A stretch of DNA of 40,634 nt from the NCBI GenBank assembly GCA_021787535.1, contig JAJYLR010000001.1:449687-490320 (forward strand), given 5' to 3'. Position 1 is the stretch's first letter; each line of letters begins with the position of its first letter. The notes beneath the pieces were generated by a model. The model saw only the letters and a list, made by a program, of their open reading frames with translations, made no database searches and was not told the origin of the DNA. The DNA is from a bacterium (GTDB lineage Bacteria > Patescibacteriota > CPR2 > UBA1875 > JAJYID01). Shown here piece after piece: positions 8,303 to 16,667 of the stretch. The position numbers were made by a program, and so were the translations under genes.

Positions 8303-8800
8303 ATGACGCTTACAATTTTCGATCTGCATTCAGATATTTTCAAAATCTTGGCCAATCCTAAGAGGTTGGAAATAATCCATTTAATTCGAGATTGTGAACT
8401 TACAGTCAGCGAACTTGAGGAGATGCTGGATATGCGCCAAGCAAATATTTCTCAGCATCTTATGGTGCTTAGGGAAAATAATCTGGTAAAATCCAGAAGA
8501 GAAGGAACACATATTTATTATTCTTTGGCCGACCCTAAAATACTTGAAGCAAGCGATCTCATCCGCGAAGTCCTGCAGAACAAGTTCAAAGGGGCAAAGC
8601 ACATCACCGGACTCATCGATAACGATATGCATATGGAAGATTATCTTAAAGAACATAAAGATCCGGTGTGCGGCATGATGGTCAGCGCCAAAACAGCCGC
8701 CGATCATACAAAATATAAAGGTAAAGATTATTTCTTCTGTGCTAGGGGCTGTAAGGAAAAGTTTTTGAGAGAAAATGTAAATCAAGAGGAGATAAAATAA
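8303..8800 (+). CDS. ArsR/SmtB transcriptional regulator fused to a C-terminal YHS (TRASH) metal-binding domain
   Basis: FK.LA.PKRL.I..L, SQHL..LR...LV..RREG..IYYSL; KDPVCGM.V......Y.GK.YFFC..GC...F. Confidence 0.92.
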   Translation: MTLTIFDLHSDIFKILANPKRLEIIHLIRDCELTVSELEEMLDMRQANISQHLMVLRENNLVKSRREGTHIYYSLADPKILEASDLIREVLQNKFKGAKHITGLIDNDMHMEDYLKEHKDPVCGMMVSAKTAADHTKYKGKDYFFCARGCKEKFLRENVNQEEIK

Positions 8801-8887
8801 ATGGATAAAATAGTTGTGTTAATTTTAGGCATAACAGCAATTATCTTTATTTTATGGTTTTTCTTAGGGAGAAAATCCATAAAATGA
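8801..8887 (+). CDS. 28-aa single-TM mini-protein (MDKIVVLILGITAIIFILWFFLGRKSIK)
   Basis: ATG directly after the arsR stop, SD GAGGAG; recalls the N-terminal anchor of CupA-type cupredoxin copper chaperones. Confidence 0.6.
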   Translation: MDKIVVLILGITAIIFILWFFLGRKSIK

Positions 8888-8989
8888 CTACTTAAAAATT
8901 CCTAATGTTCAAATTTGAAAATTAACTAATTACTGCATTCATTGGAAATTGGGACTTGAAAATTGAAAATTTATATTTAACTAAAGAAG

Positions 8990-11257
8990 ATGAACAAAGA
9001 CAACGAAAAAGAATCTAAGAAAATAAAAACTACCCTGAAAGTCAAAGGTATGCACTGCGCCGGATGCGCTATGAATATCGAGCGAAGCTTAAATAAGCTG
9101 CCAGGCACAAAAGCTGTCGTTAACTTCGCCAGTGAAAAGGTTGTGGTCGAACATCCTGAAACAGTTGCCAGAACTGACATTATCCAGTCTATCCGCGACA
9201 CCGGCTACGACGTTTATGACGATGACGATGAGTCAGGATCTTCTGCTCCGATACTTGCAACGGGTACTTCTCCGGAAGAGGAAGGAAAGAAAAAAGAAGT
9301 TAGGGAACTGAGGATAAAAGTAATAACCGGAGCTACTCTTTCTGTTATTATTCTAATGTTAGGAAACCTGCATTTCATACCTGCTCTCAAGGATATTTTC
9401 GGCAATTTTATAAATGTAATTCTTCTATTCCTCGTTCTTCCTGTTCAGTTTTGGGTAGGTAGGAATTTTATCACCGGATTTATAAACGGGCTGAAGCACA
9501 GAAATGCCAATATGGATTCCCTTGTGGCTATCGGCACGTTGACCGCTTTTTTCTTTAGCACAGCCGTAACTTTCCTTGAACTTGCCGGGTTTAAGATCCA
9601 AAGTATCGGCACCTATTTTGACGTCTCGGCCATGGTTATAACTCTTGTCCTTCTAGGAAAATACTTTGAAGCACGGGCAAAGGGTCGTGCCAATACTTCC
9701 ATCAAAAAACTGGCAGGCCTCGGAGCCAAAACTGCTAAAGTAATCCGAAATGGGAAAGAAATAGATATTCCCATCGAAACAGTAAAAGTCGGTGATGAAA
9801 TAATAGTCCGACCGGGCGAGAAGGTGCCGGTAGACGGCACAATTGTTTCCGGCCAATCCTCTATAGACGAGTCTATGGTCACGGGAGAGTCAATTCCGGC
9901 TGACAAATCCAAAGGCGATAAAGTTTACGGCGCAACTATCAACAGATCCGGGTCATTCAATTTTAAAGCGGAAAAAGTAGGCAAGGACACATTGCTTGCC
10001 CAAATCATAAAACTGGTCGAAGAAGCTCAAGGATCTAAAGCTCCGGTTCAAAAGCTAGCCGATGTCATATCAAGTTACTTCGTGCCGATCGTTATTTCTA
10101 TAAGCATCGCAGCGTTTGTTGTCTGGTATATCTTTGCCGGCCTCACCATAGCCCTTCTTGCTATGGTGGCCATAGTCGTCATTGCCTGCCCCTGCGCTCT
10201 CGGTTTGGCAACTCCGACAGCTATAATGGTAGGTACAGGCAGGGGCGCTGAAAACGGTATTTTAATAAAGGACGCAGAAAGTTTGGAAAAGTTTCAAAAG
10301 ATAAATGCCATTTTGCTTGACAAAACGGGTACTATTACAAAGGGGGAACCGGAAGTTGTAGATGTGTACAACATATCAAATTTATCCGAAAATGATTTTA
10401 TTAAATTTTCAGCGGCAACTGAAAAAAGAAGCGAACATCCTTTGGGCCAAGCCGTGGTTAAAGAAGCTGAGAAACGAAAAGTTGTACTGGATGAACCTAA
10501 AAACTTTCAATCTATATCAGGCCAGGGCGTAAAGGCGGAGATCGGGGATAAAATAGTAGTGAAAGGTAGTGAGAAACTCATGAAAAAAGAAAAGATTCAA
10601 TTGCCTGAAAATCTAATAAAAAAAGCGGAAGTTTTTGCCAAAGAAGGGAAAACCCCGGTGTTTACAGCTATAGACGGTAAGGCCGCCGGAGTGATAGCCA
10701 TTGCAGATACGATAAAAAATGACTCAAAAGAGGCAATTCAGCGCTTTGAAAACACTGCTATAGATGTCTATATGGTGACCGGCGACAATAGATATACCGC
10801 CGAAGCGATCGCCAAAAAAGCAGGCATTCCCGGCAAAAATGTCTTTGCCGAAGTGGCGCCGAAAGATAAAGAGAAAAAAGTGAAAGAGCTGCAGGAAAAG
10901 GGACTGTCTGTCGCCATGGCGGGTGACGGCATAAACGACGCCCCTGCGCTTGCCGCGGCTGACATCGGAGTGGCAATGGGCACGGGCACGGATATAGCCA
11001 TGGAAGCTGGACAAGTGACGATTATGAACGGTAGTTTAGACACTACATATAGCGCTTTGGAGCTATCGAAAGACACTATGAAGATCATTAAAGAAAATCT
11101 TTTCTGGGCATTTGCCTATAATGTGATTTTGATACCGGTAGCCGCAGGCATTCTTTATCCCTTTACCGGATTTATCTTAAACCCCATCATCGCCGGGGCA
11201 GCCATGGCATTTAGTTCTGTGACGGTGGTTACGAATTCACTACGGCTCAGAAGATAG
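8990..11257 (+). CDS. copA: Copper-translocating P1B-type ATPase
   Basis: GMHCAGC HMA domain, [31 protein letters not shown] and MAFSS Cu(I) ligands. Confidence 0.97.
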   Translation: MNKDNEKESKKIKTTLKVKGMHCAGCAMNIERSLNKLPGTKAVVNFASEKVVVEHPETVARTDIIQSIRDTGYDVYDDDDESGSSAPILATGTSPEEEGKKKEVRELRIKVITGATLSVIILMLGNLHFIPALKDIFGNFINVILLFLVLPVQFWVGRNFITGFINGLKHRNANMDSLVAIGTLTAFFFSTAVTFLELAGFKIQSIGTYFDVSAMVITLVLLGKYFEARAKGRANTSIKKLAGLGAKTAKVIRNGKEIDIPIETVKVGDEIIVRPGEKVPVDGTIVSGQSSIDESMVTGESIPADKSKGDKVYGATINRSGSFNFKAEKVGKDTLLAQIIKLVEEAQGSKAPVQKLADVISSYFVPIVISISIAAFVVWYIFAGLTIALLAMVAIVVIACPCALGLATPTAIMVGTGRGAENGILIKDAESLEKFQKINAILLDKTGTITKGEPEVVDVYNISNLSENDFIKFSAATEKRSEHPLGQAVVKEAEKRKVVLDEPKNFQSISGQGVKAEIGDKIVVKGSEKLMKKEKIQLPENLIKKAEVFAKEGKTPVFTAIDGKAAGVIAIADTIKNDSKEAIQRFENTAIDVYMVTGDNRYTAEAIAKKAGIPGKNVFAEVAPKDKEKKVKELQEKGLSVAMAGDGINDAPALAAADIGVAMGTGTDIAMEAGQVTIMNGSLDTTYSALELSKDTMKIIKENLFWAFAYNVILIPVAAGILYPFTGFILNPIIAGAAMAFSSVTVVTNSLRLRR

Positions 11258-11348
11258 AGATTATAATTCAATGACTGGCTTTCAATCCAATCTGAAGTGT
11301 TTTTGATATATTAAGAATACAAAAATTTTATATAACTGAAAGTCTAGC

Positions 11349-11377
11349 TGGACATTTGTAAATTTTTATGATATAAT
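11349..11377 (+). promoter_or_regulatory. Promoter of small-peptide operon 3
   Basis: TGGACA-N17-TATAAT with extended TG. Confidence 0.7.
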
Positions 11378-11420
11378 GTTAGCTAAGTAAGTTTTTCCAT
11401 TCAACTACGGAGGTACCTTT

Positions 11421-11600
11421 ATGTGTATTCCTTTTTTACCGGATGACGCACCTGTCTTCCGGCTCGTCCGAGAAAAGTCCCAGAATGGCAAAAGAGTACC
11501 TAAGGTGAGATTGCGGGATCGCTGCAGAATACGCAGCAAGGCACAGCTATCATCGCATCCCCATGTAGCGGTAAACTGCTATTGGGGGAAATATGTTTAA
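11421..11600 (+). CDS. Small basic protein, 59 aa (MCIPFLPDDAPVFRLVREKSQNGKRVPKVRLRDRCRIRSKAQLSSHPHVAVNCYWGKYV)
   Basis: SD GGAGGT 6 nt upstream; first ORF after the promoter. Confidence 0.5.
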   Translation: MCIPFLPDDAPVFRLVREKSQNGKRVPKVRLRDRCRIRSKAQLSSHPHVAVNCYWGKYV

Positions 11601-11709
11601 CGGTTTATCGAACAACATTTTCGGGTTCGCTGAGATGATTGCATCTATGACCATCATCGCGACGGTTGGGAAATGGATGGCCAAGAAGTTCTTTGCACAT
11701 ATCCTTTGA
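11593..11709 (+). CDS. Small hydrophobic/amphipathic peptide, 38 aa (MFNGLSNNIFGFAEMIASMTIIATVGKWMAKKFFAHIL)
   Basis: 8-nt overlap with the upstream ORF; GGGGG upstream. Confidence 0.55.
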   Translation: MFNGLSNNIFGFAEMIASMTIIATVGKWMAKKFFAHIL

Positions 11710-11754
11710 AACCATTCCAAATGCAAAGGATTTCAAACAGTGGAGGGGAAAAGA

Positions 11755-11847
11755 ATGAAAAGAAAACTCACCATCATAGCCGGTGTCTTTGTTGCACTGG
11801 CAGCACTGGTAAAACTCTATAACTGGATTGATGAGACTAGCTGTTGA
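11755..11847 (+). CDS. Small TM peptide, 30 aa (MKRKLTIIAGVFVALAALVKLYNWIDETSC)
   Basis: SD GGAGGGG; basic N-terminus then hydrophobic helix; followed by a terminator. Confidence 0.6.
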   Translation: MKRKLTIIAGVFVALAALVKLYNWIDETSC

Positions 11848-11869
11848 CTAATCCGAATTAGTGTTTTCG

Positions 11870-11897
11870 GGGCTCTCTGCGGGGAGCCCTATTTTTT
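11870..11897 (+). terminator. Intrinsic terminator
   Basis: GGGCTCTC/GGGAGCCC stem plus TATTTTTT. Confidence 0.8.
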
Positions 11898-12013
11898 GTG
11901 CAAAATACTTGTGTTCAATGTAAAATCAGTTTATTATTTGTGATAACTCACAATTAAAGAAAAGTGTTTTTGTTTTAGAATAAGGGCGAAATGGCCCAAG
12001 CAGGGAAAATCAC

Positions 12014-12042
12014 TTGACAGACAAAAGTGTTTATGATATATT
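12014..12042 (+). promoter_or_regulatory. Promoter with long structured leader
   Basis: TTGACA-N17-TATATT with extended TG. Confidence 0.65.
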
Positions 12043-12246
12043 CATATATCAACCATAAACGTTGATGAACGTTGATTGCATTGGAGGGTCAGGAGAGACC
12101 TTCCTTTGTATTTTAAAATAAAAAAAGGCAGGACATTGGGCTTAAACTATTGAGCTCAAGATCATGCTTTTTGCAGGCACTTTAAAAATAGCTGTCTTTC
12201 TCTGGGGAAAGGCAGAAAAAATATATAGTACCGCAAGGGGGTTAAG

Positions 12247-12348
12247 GTGAGACACTGGAATACACTAAAGAAAAGTCCAGAGTTTTGGTATTGGTTTGCC
12301 TTGGCAAGTTTAGCTATCGCTATGATATACCTGGCAGCCAAACTCTAA
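12247..12348 (+). CDS. Small TM peptide, 33 aa, GTG start (MRHWNTLKKSPEFWYWFALASLAIAMIYLAAKL)
   Basis: AAGGGGG upstream; C-terminal hydrophobic helix. Confidence 0.5.
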   Translation: MRHWNTLKKSPEFWYWFALASLAIAMIYLAAKL

Positions 12349-12370
12349 ATTCAAAAACACAGAAAAAGAG

Positions 12371-13243
12371 GTGAGACCCATGACAGTAACAAGGAAAACC
12401 TTGTTAAAGGCGGTTCTTGGAGTCATCGTGCTTGCCGCCTTGACAGTGACGATTGGAGTATTGACACACAGGCAAGATGCTTATGCAGCAACCACTGGCA
12501 AGGGCGGACAAAGCGGACCGGTTGCTGGTTGTACTTTGCCTAGTAACAAGGGTGAGGCAAGAGCATACGCCAAGTGTGTCAAGGCACATGACGATAGCCA
12601 GCGCCTAGACTTTGATCATAAGCTCAACGGAGATCAAAGCTTTGTGGGAGATATCAAGCTTGAGCAAGAGGTCAGAGAACTGGTGGAGAAATGTCAGGTT
12701 TGCGTGGTGGAATTGCCTCCGGCAAATCCTGCACCAATCCTCACTGAACTTCAAATCCCCAATATCCAAGGGGATGACAGCGCTCCACTGTCTGATGCCG
12801 ATCGTGCAGCTATAGATAATATGGAAGAGATACACAATACCAACCAGGAGAACGCTTGGGCATATCTTATGTACTTCGAGCAGCGTATAGATTACTATAC
12901 GCACCCGAGGATAGAATGCCCTCCGGTTGTCGGAGCACCGCCAGTAGTATGCACAACATGTGTCACACCGCCGGTGATTACTCCATCTCCCGGTCCTGGT
13001 CCTGGCCCTGGTCCTGGTCCAAGTCCTTGTCCGCAAAAAATTTGCGGCGGGGCGCAACAGGGTAACCAGAGCGCACCGAAAAACGGATCACCCATACCTA
13101 ATCCCCCGGCATTACCGCCGGGTTCGGGCGGAGCCAGTAAAGGTACGCCTTCGACCGGCACAGCGCCAGGCGACTCATCGCAATCCGGCTCACCTACCGG
13201 TCCTGGTGCACCCGGAGTTGTTCATGATCCAAACAAAACCTAG
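12371..13243 (+). CDS. Secreted Pro/Gly/Cys-rich hypothetical protein
   Basis: Signal peptide ending AYA; CQVC, CTTC, CPQKIC; PG repeat; start may be ATG 12380 (SD GAGGTGA). Confidence 0.8.
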   Translation: MRPMTVTRKTLLKAVLGVIVLAALTVTIGVLTHRQDAYAATTGKGGQSGPVAGCTLPSNKGEARAYAKCVKAHDDSQRLDFDHKLNGDQSFVGDIKLEQEVRELVEKCQVCVVELPPANPAPILTELQIPNIQGDDSAPLSDADRAAIDNMEEIHNTNQENAWAYLMYFEQRIDYYTHPRIECPPVVGAPPVVCTTCVTPPVITPSPGPGPGPGPGPSPCPQKICGGAQQGNQSAPKNGSPIPNPPALPPGSGGASKGTPSTGTAPGDSSQSGSPTGPGAPGVVHDPNKT

Positions 13244-13321
13244 ATTCAGATCCCAGAAGCTGAATCTAAATCCCCCGCAGGGACCTGAGCGAGTACACCT
13301 CGTTCAGGTCCCCTCGCGGGG
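13241..13321 (+). other. Two stable intergenic hairpins
   Basis: TAGATTCAG/CTGAATCTA and a long CCCCGC.GGGACCTGAGCGAG/CTCGTTCAGGTCCC..GCGGGG stem; no U tract. Confidence 0.6.
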
Positions 13322-13389
13322 ACAATCAAGCTACTATTTCATATTAATCAATAATTAATAATAACAAGAGAGAAAGGCAGTAAAAAAAA

Positions 13390-14562
13390 ATGAAAAAAAT
13401 TAAGCTAAAAAAGAAAATCATGGGAATACTCTCAGTTCTCATACTGGCAGCGGGTTTGACAGTACCATTTATTGCAAACCCAAAACCGGCGCAGGCCTGG
13501 GATTGTAAAAACAGAAATGTAATAACATGCGGTGTGAACAGCCGCGCTGAGCTAGTAAATGATATCAGAAGCGATGCCAACTTAAACCATATCTTTGACG
13601 GTATCGGAATCTACGCAGATGATGTAGCTAGCCAAGATGCCGTACCCGGTGTCGTAAAAAAAGACGGCAGTGTCTGGGTAGGCAGCACTCAAGTCGCTTC
13701 CAATACAGTGATGGGACAAAGAGGAACTGAAGGAATTGAAGGGATTAACACTTATTGGTCAGGACTCAACTGGGCTTTCACAACTCACATGTTCAGCCCG
13801 ACTATTGATCAGCAAGGAGCTTTCGTTTATATGCGAAACGGCCAATTCCTCTATGCTATCATTCTTTCTTGCGGAAACCCTGTGTTAACACAACTTAGCC
13901 CATTTCCTCCGTCAATCTCTCTAAATAAAAACGTTCGAGATCTCACAACGGATCCTAATAGCAGCTTCGCTAAAAGCGTCACTGCTAAATCCGGCGACAC
14001 CATCGAGTTTAGATTGGAAATCAAAGACATCAGCCAGGTAACTGATGAACAAGTTATCGCCTGGGATACTTTGCCGTCACACATGACACTCATCCCCGGA
14101 AGCGCACATGCTCGAGCAATGGTTTGGACAGGAAGCGAATGGCAAGAGCAGGATATTAAAATTTCTGACAGTGAAATAGCATCAGGGAAAAATCTTGGAG
14201 ATCTTCGCCCCGAACAAAACAGCTTTGTTTACTTGGAAGCCAAGGTTAATGATGATTTGCCGTCCGGCTGCAGCAATCTAGTCAATACCGGATTTACCAA
14301 GTCCAGTCAGATCCCAACTATATCATCTACAGCAAGTGTTAATGTTTGTGTTACACCGACTCCTCCTCCAACACCTACGCCCACACCAACACCAACACCC
14401 ACTCCTACACCTACACCAACACCTACGGCACCGACATCTCTGCCTGTATCAGGACCGGTTGATGCAGCCGGCGGAGTAATGGGTACCGGTCTTCTCGGCT
14501 ATGCAGGTTATCTCTGGCGCAGAAGTAGAAAAGGGCTTCTAAAGTCACTGAAAAACAAATAA
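13390..14562 (+). CDS. Secreted DUF11-like domain surface protein with PT repeat and LPxTG-like sorting signal
   Basis: Signal peptide (AQA); K.V....V.AKSGD.IEF.LEI...DTLP...T.IPGS (DUF11-like); (PT)n linker; LPVSG + hydrophobic segment + RRSRK tail. Confidence 0.85.
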   Translation: MKKIKLKKKIMGILSVLILAAGLTVPFIANPKPAQAWDCKNRNVITCGVNSRAELVNDIRSDANLNHIFDGIGIYADDVASQDAVPGVVKKDGSVWVGSTQVASNTVMGQRGTEGIEGINTYWSGLNWAFTTHMFSPTIDQQGAFVYMRNGQFLYAIILSCGNPVLTQLSPFPPSISLNKNVRDLTTDPNSSFAKSVTAKSGDTIEFRLEIKDISQVTDEQVIAWDTLPSHMTLIPGSAHARAMVWTGSEWQEQDIKISDSEIASGKNLGDLRPEQNSFVYLEAKVNDDLPSGCSNLVNTGFTKSSQIPTISSTASVNVCVTPTPPPTPTPTPTPTPTPTPTPTPTAPTSLPVSGPVDAAGGVMGTGLLGYAGYLWRRSRKGLLKSLKNK

Positions 14563-14579
14563 AGAAACTAAATAACTTT

Positions 14580-14608
14580 CAAAAAGAGCTGGATATCAGC
14601 TCTTTTTG
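14580..14608 (+). terminator. Intrinsic terminator
   Basis: CAAAAAGAGCTG/CAGCTCTTTTTG. Confidence 0.8.
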
Positions 14609-14773
14609 TTATGTCGGAATTGTGGAATCGTTTCACCTGCGGGAATTGTTTTTTCCTTGCATTCCTCATTTCCAGCAACTCCCGCATTTCCAACTCCCTC
14701 AAGCTTGACTAAAGACTTCACTCCTGTCAAAATTCCCTTCGTCAAGGACTCGTTTCCTTGATATAATGAACCT

Positions 14774-15868
14774 ATGAAAGAAATAGAAGAACCGTTAAAG
14801 CAAATTCTTGAGCGAATTAAGAAAGCCAAACAAACTTTGGCTGTTCCCCAAATGGAAAAAGAAATCAAAGAACTGGAAACCAAGTCAGCTGAAGCTCGCT
14901 TTTGGGATAACAGGGAAGAAGCAACTAGAGTCACCACAAAACTTGCTGATATGAAAAAAGAAGCCGCTATATGGAATGATTTGGAAAAAAAATCTAACGA
15001 TCTTTTGGAAATGGCAAAGATTGTAGACGAGCATGATCATGAAATTATCCGGGAAATCAAAGACGGCGCCGAAAAAATTCTCATAGATCTGAACAAACAG
15101 GAATTTTCAATGCTCTTTAGCGGCCCTTATGATAAAAACAACGCTATTTTGAGCATCTATGCCGGATCAGGCGGAGTTGACGCCCAGGACTGGGCTGAAA
15201 TGCTGCTTCAGATGTATCTAAAGTTTGCCGAGAAACACGAGTTTAAGACCAATATTTTGTCAATTTCCAGCGGTGATGAAGCCGGCATTAAAAGCGTAAC
15301 GGTTGAGGTAGAGGGAAGATGGGCGTACGGCTACTTAAAAAGCGAAGCGGGGGTACACCGGCTGGTGCGGCTTTCGCCCTTTGACGCCGATCATGCCAGA
15401 CACACGTCATTTGCCCTTGTTGACGTCATTCCGGAAATAGAGACAGAGACAGAAGTCATAGATGAAGCTGATCTGAAAATAGAGACATACAAGGCTTCCG
15501 GCCATGGCGGACAAGGAGTAAATACCACTGACAGCGCGGTCAGAATTACTCATGTCCCGACAGGTCTGGTTGTGACATGCCAGAAAGAAAGAAGCCAACT
15601 TCAAAACAAAAACCAAGCAATTAAAGTTCTGTCATCACGGCTGAAACTTCTGGAAGAAAAGAAAGCGAAAAGTGAAATTGCGGAAATCAGAGGTGAGACT
15701 ATTTCAGCGGAGTGGGGAAACCAAATTCGTTCATATGTTCTGCATCCATACAATATGGTAAAAGACCACAGAACAGGCACAGAGACTTCAAACACCAAAT
15801 CAGTATTGGAAGGCAATATCGATGAATTCATTGAAAGTTATTTAAGGGATAGTATTGCGAGATATTAG
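14774..15868 (+). CDS. prfB: Peptide chain release factor 2
   Basis: GGVDAQDWAEML, GVHRLVRLSPFD (SPF), GGQ, WGNQIRSYV; continuous frame. Confidence 0.98.
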   Translation: MKEIEEPLKQILERIKKAKQTLAVPQMEKEIKELETKSAEARFWDNREEATRVTTKLADMKKEAAIWNDLEKKSNDLLEMAKIVDEHDHEIIREIKDGAEKILIDLNKQEFSMLFSGPYDKNNAILSIYAGSGGVDAQDWAEMLLQMYLKFAEKHEFKTNILSISSGDEAGIKSVTVEVEGRWAYGYLKSEAGVHRLVRLSPFDADHARHTSFALVDVIPEIETETEVIDEADLKIETYKASGHGGQGVNTTDSAVRITHVPTGLVVTCQKERSQLQNKNQAIKVLSSRLKLLEEKKAKSEIAEIRGETISAEWGNQIRSYVLHPYNMVKDHRTGTETSNTKSVLEGNIDEFIESYLRDSIARY

Positions 15869-15980
15869 AAACTTTGCTAACCTAGGGAATGTTGGAAATA
15901 TCTGAGATGTAGGAGATAATAGGATTATCCGTTCTAACAAGTACAACGACATAACAATTCCCGCAATTTTAACAAAAATC

Positions 15981-16667
15981 ATGATTTATTTAGAAAACAT
16001 CACAAAAATCTACGATAAAAGCAAAAAGAAAGCTCTGGACAATATCAGTGTTCATATAAAACCGAAAGAGTTTGTTATTTTCGTGGGTCTATCCGGCGCC
16101 GGCAAATCAACACTCACCAAACTTATTACCAGAGAAGAGCAGCCGACTAGCGGTAAAATCGTTGTCGGCGGCATTGATTATGCCAAACTCAAAAAAAGAG
16201 ATATACCGTATCTTCGCCGAAAAATTGGCGTAGTTTTTCAGGACTTTAAGCTTTTACCGAAGAAAACGATCTATGAAAATATTGCCTATGCGCTCGAAGT
16301 AGCTGGAATCAGCGGAAAAACTATTCGGCAAAGAGTGCCGCAAATTTTGAAAATGGTTGGTCTGGAAAATAAAAAAGATGACTTTCCGAAAATGCTTTCA
16401 GGCGGAGAAATGCAGCGAGTCGCAATAGCCAGAGCCCTGGTTCATGAGCCAAAGATTCTGATAGCCGATGAGCCAACCGGAAACCTCGATCCGAAAAATG
16501 CCTGGGAAATTATAGATTTGCTTCTCAAAGTAAACGAATATGGCACAACTGTGATTTTAACCACTCATAACAGAGAGATTGTCAATACACTGAAAAAGAG
16601 AGTCATTACTTTAAGAAACGGAAAATTGATAAAAGATCAGGAAGTCGGGAGGTATGCGCTGCAATGA
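15981..16667 (+). CDS. ftsE: Cell division ATP-binding protein FtsE
   Basis: GLSGAGKST, IPYLRRKIGVVFQDFKLL, LSGGE, ADEPTGNLDP. Confidence 0.96.
   Translation: MIYLENITKIYDKSKKKALDNISVHIKPKEFVIFVGLSGAGKSTLTKLITREEQPTSGKIVVGGIDYAKLKKRDIPYLRRKIGVVFQDFKLLPKKTIYENIAYALEVAGISGKTIRQRVPQILKMVGLENKKDDFPKMLSGGEMQRVAIARALVHEPKILIADEPTGNLDPKNAWEIIDLLLKVNEYGTTVILTTHNREIVNTLKKRVITLRNGKLIKDQEVGRYALQ

Noticed and set aside
11985-12010. GGGCGAAATGGCCC hairpin as a possible c-di-GMP riboswitch
   Set aside because: Lacks the remaining consensus elements and the second stem.
11280-13243. Possible inovirus prophage
   Set aside because: No Zot/pI ATPase, replication initiator, integrase or att sites; only one short peptide resemblance.
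14345-14430. CCx-ACx repeat as a possible CRISPR or VNTR
   Set aside because: It is the codon-degenerate PT linker of the surface protein; no repeat-spacer array was seen anywhere in the window.
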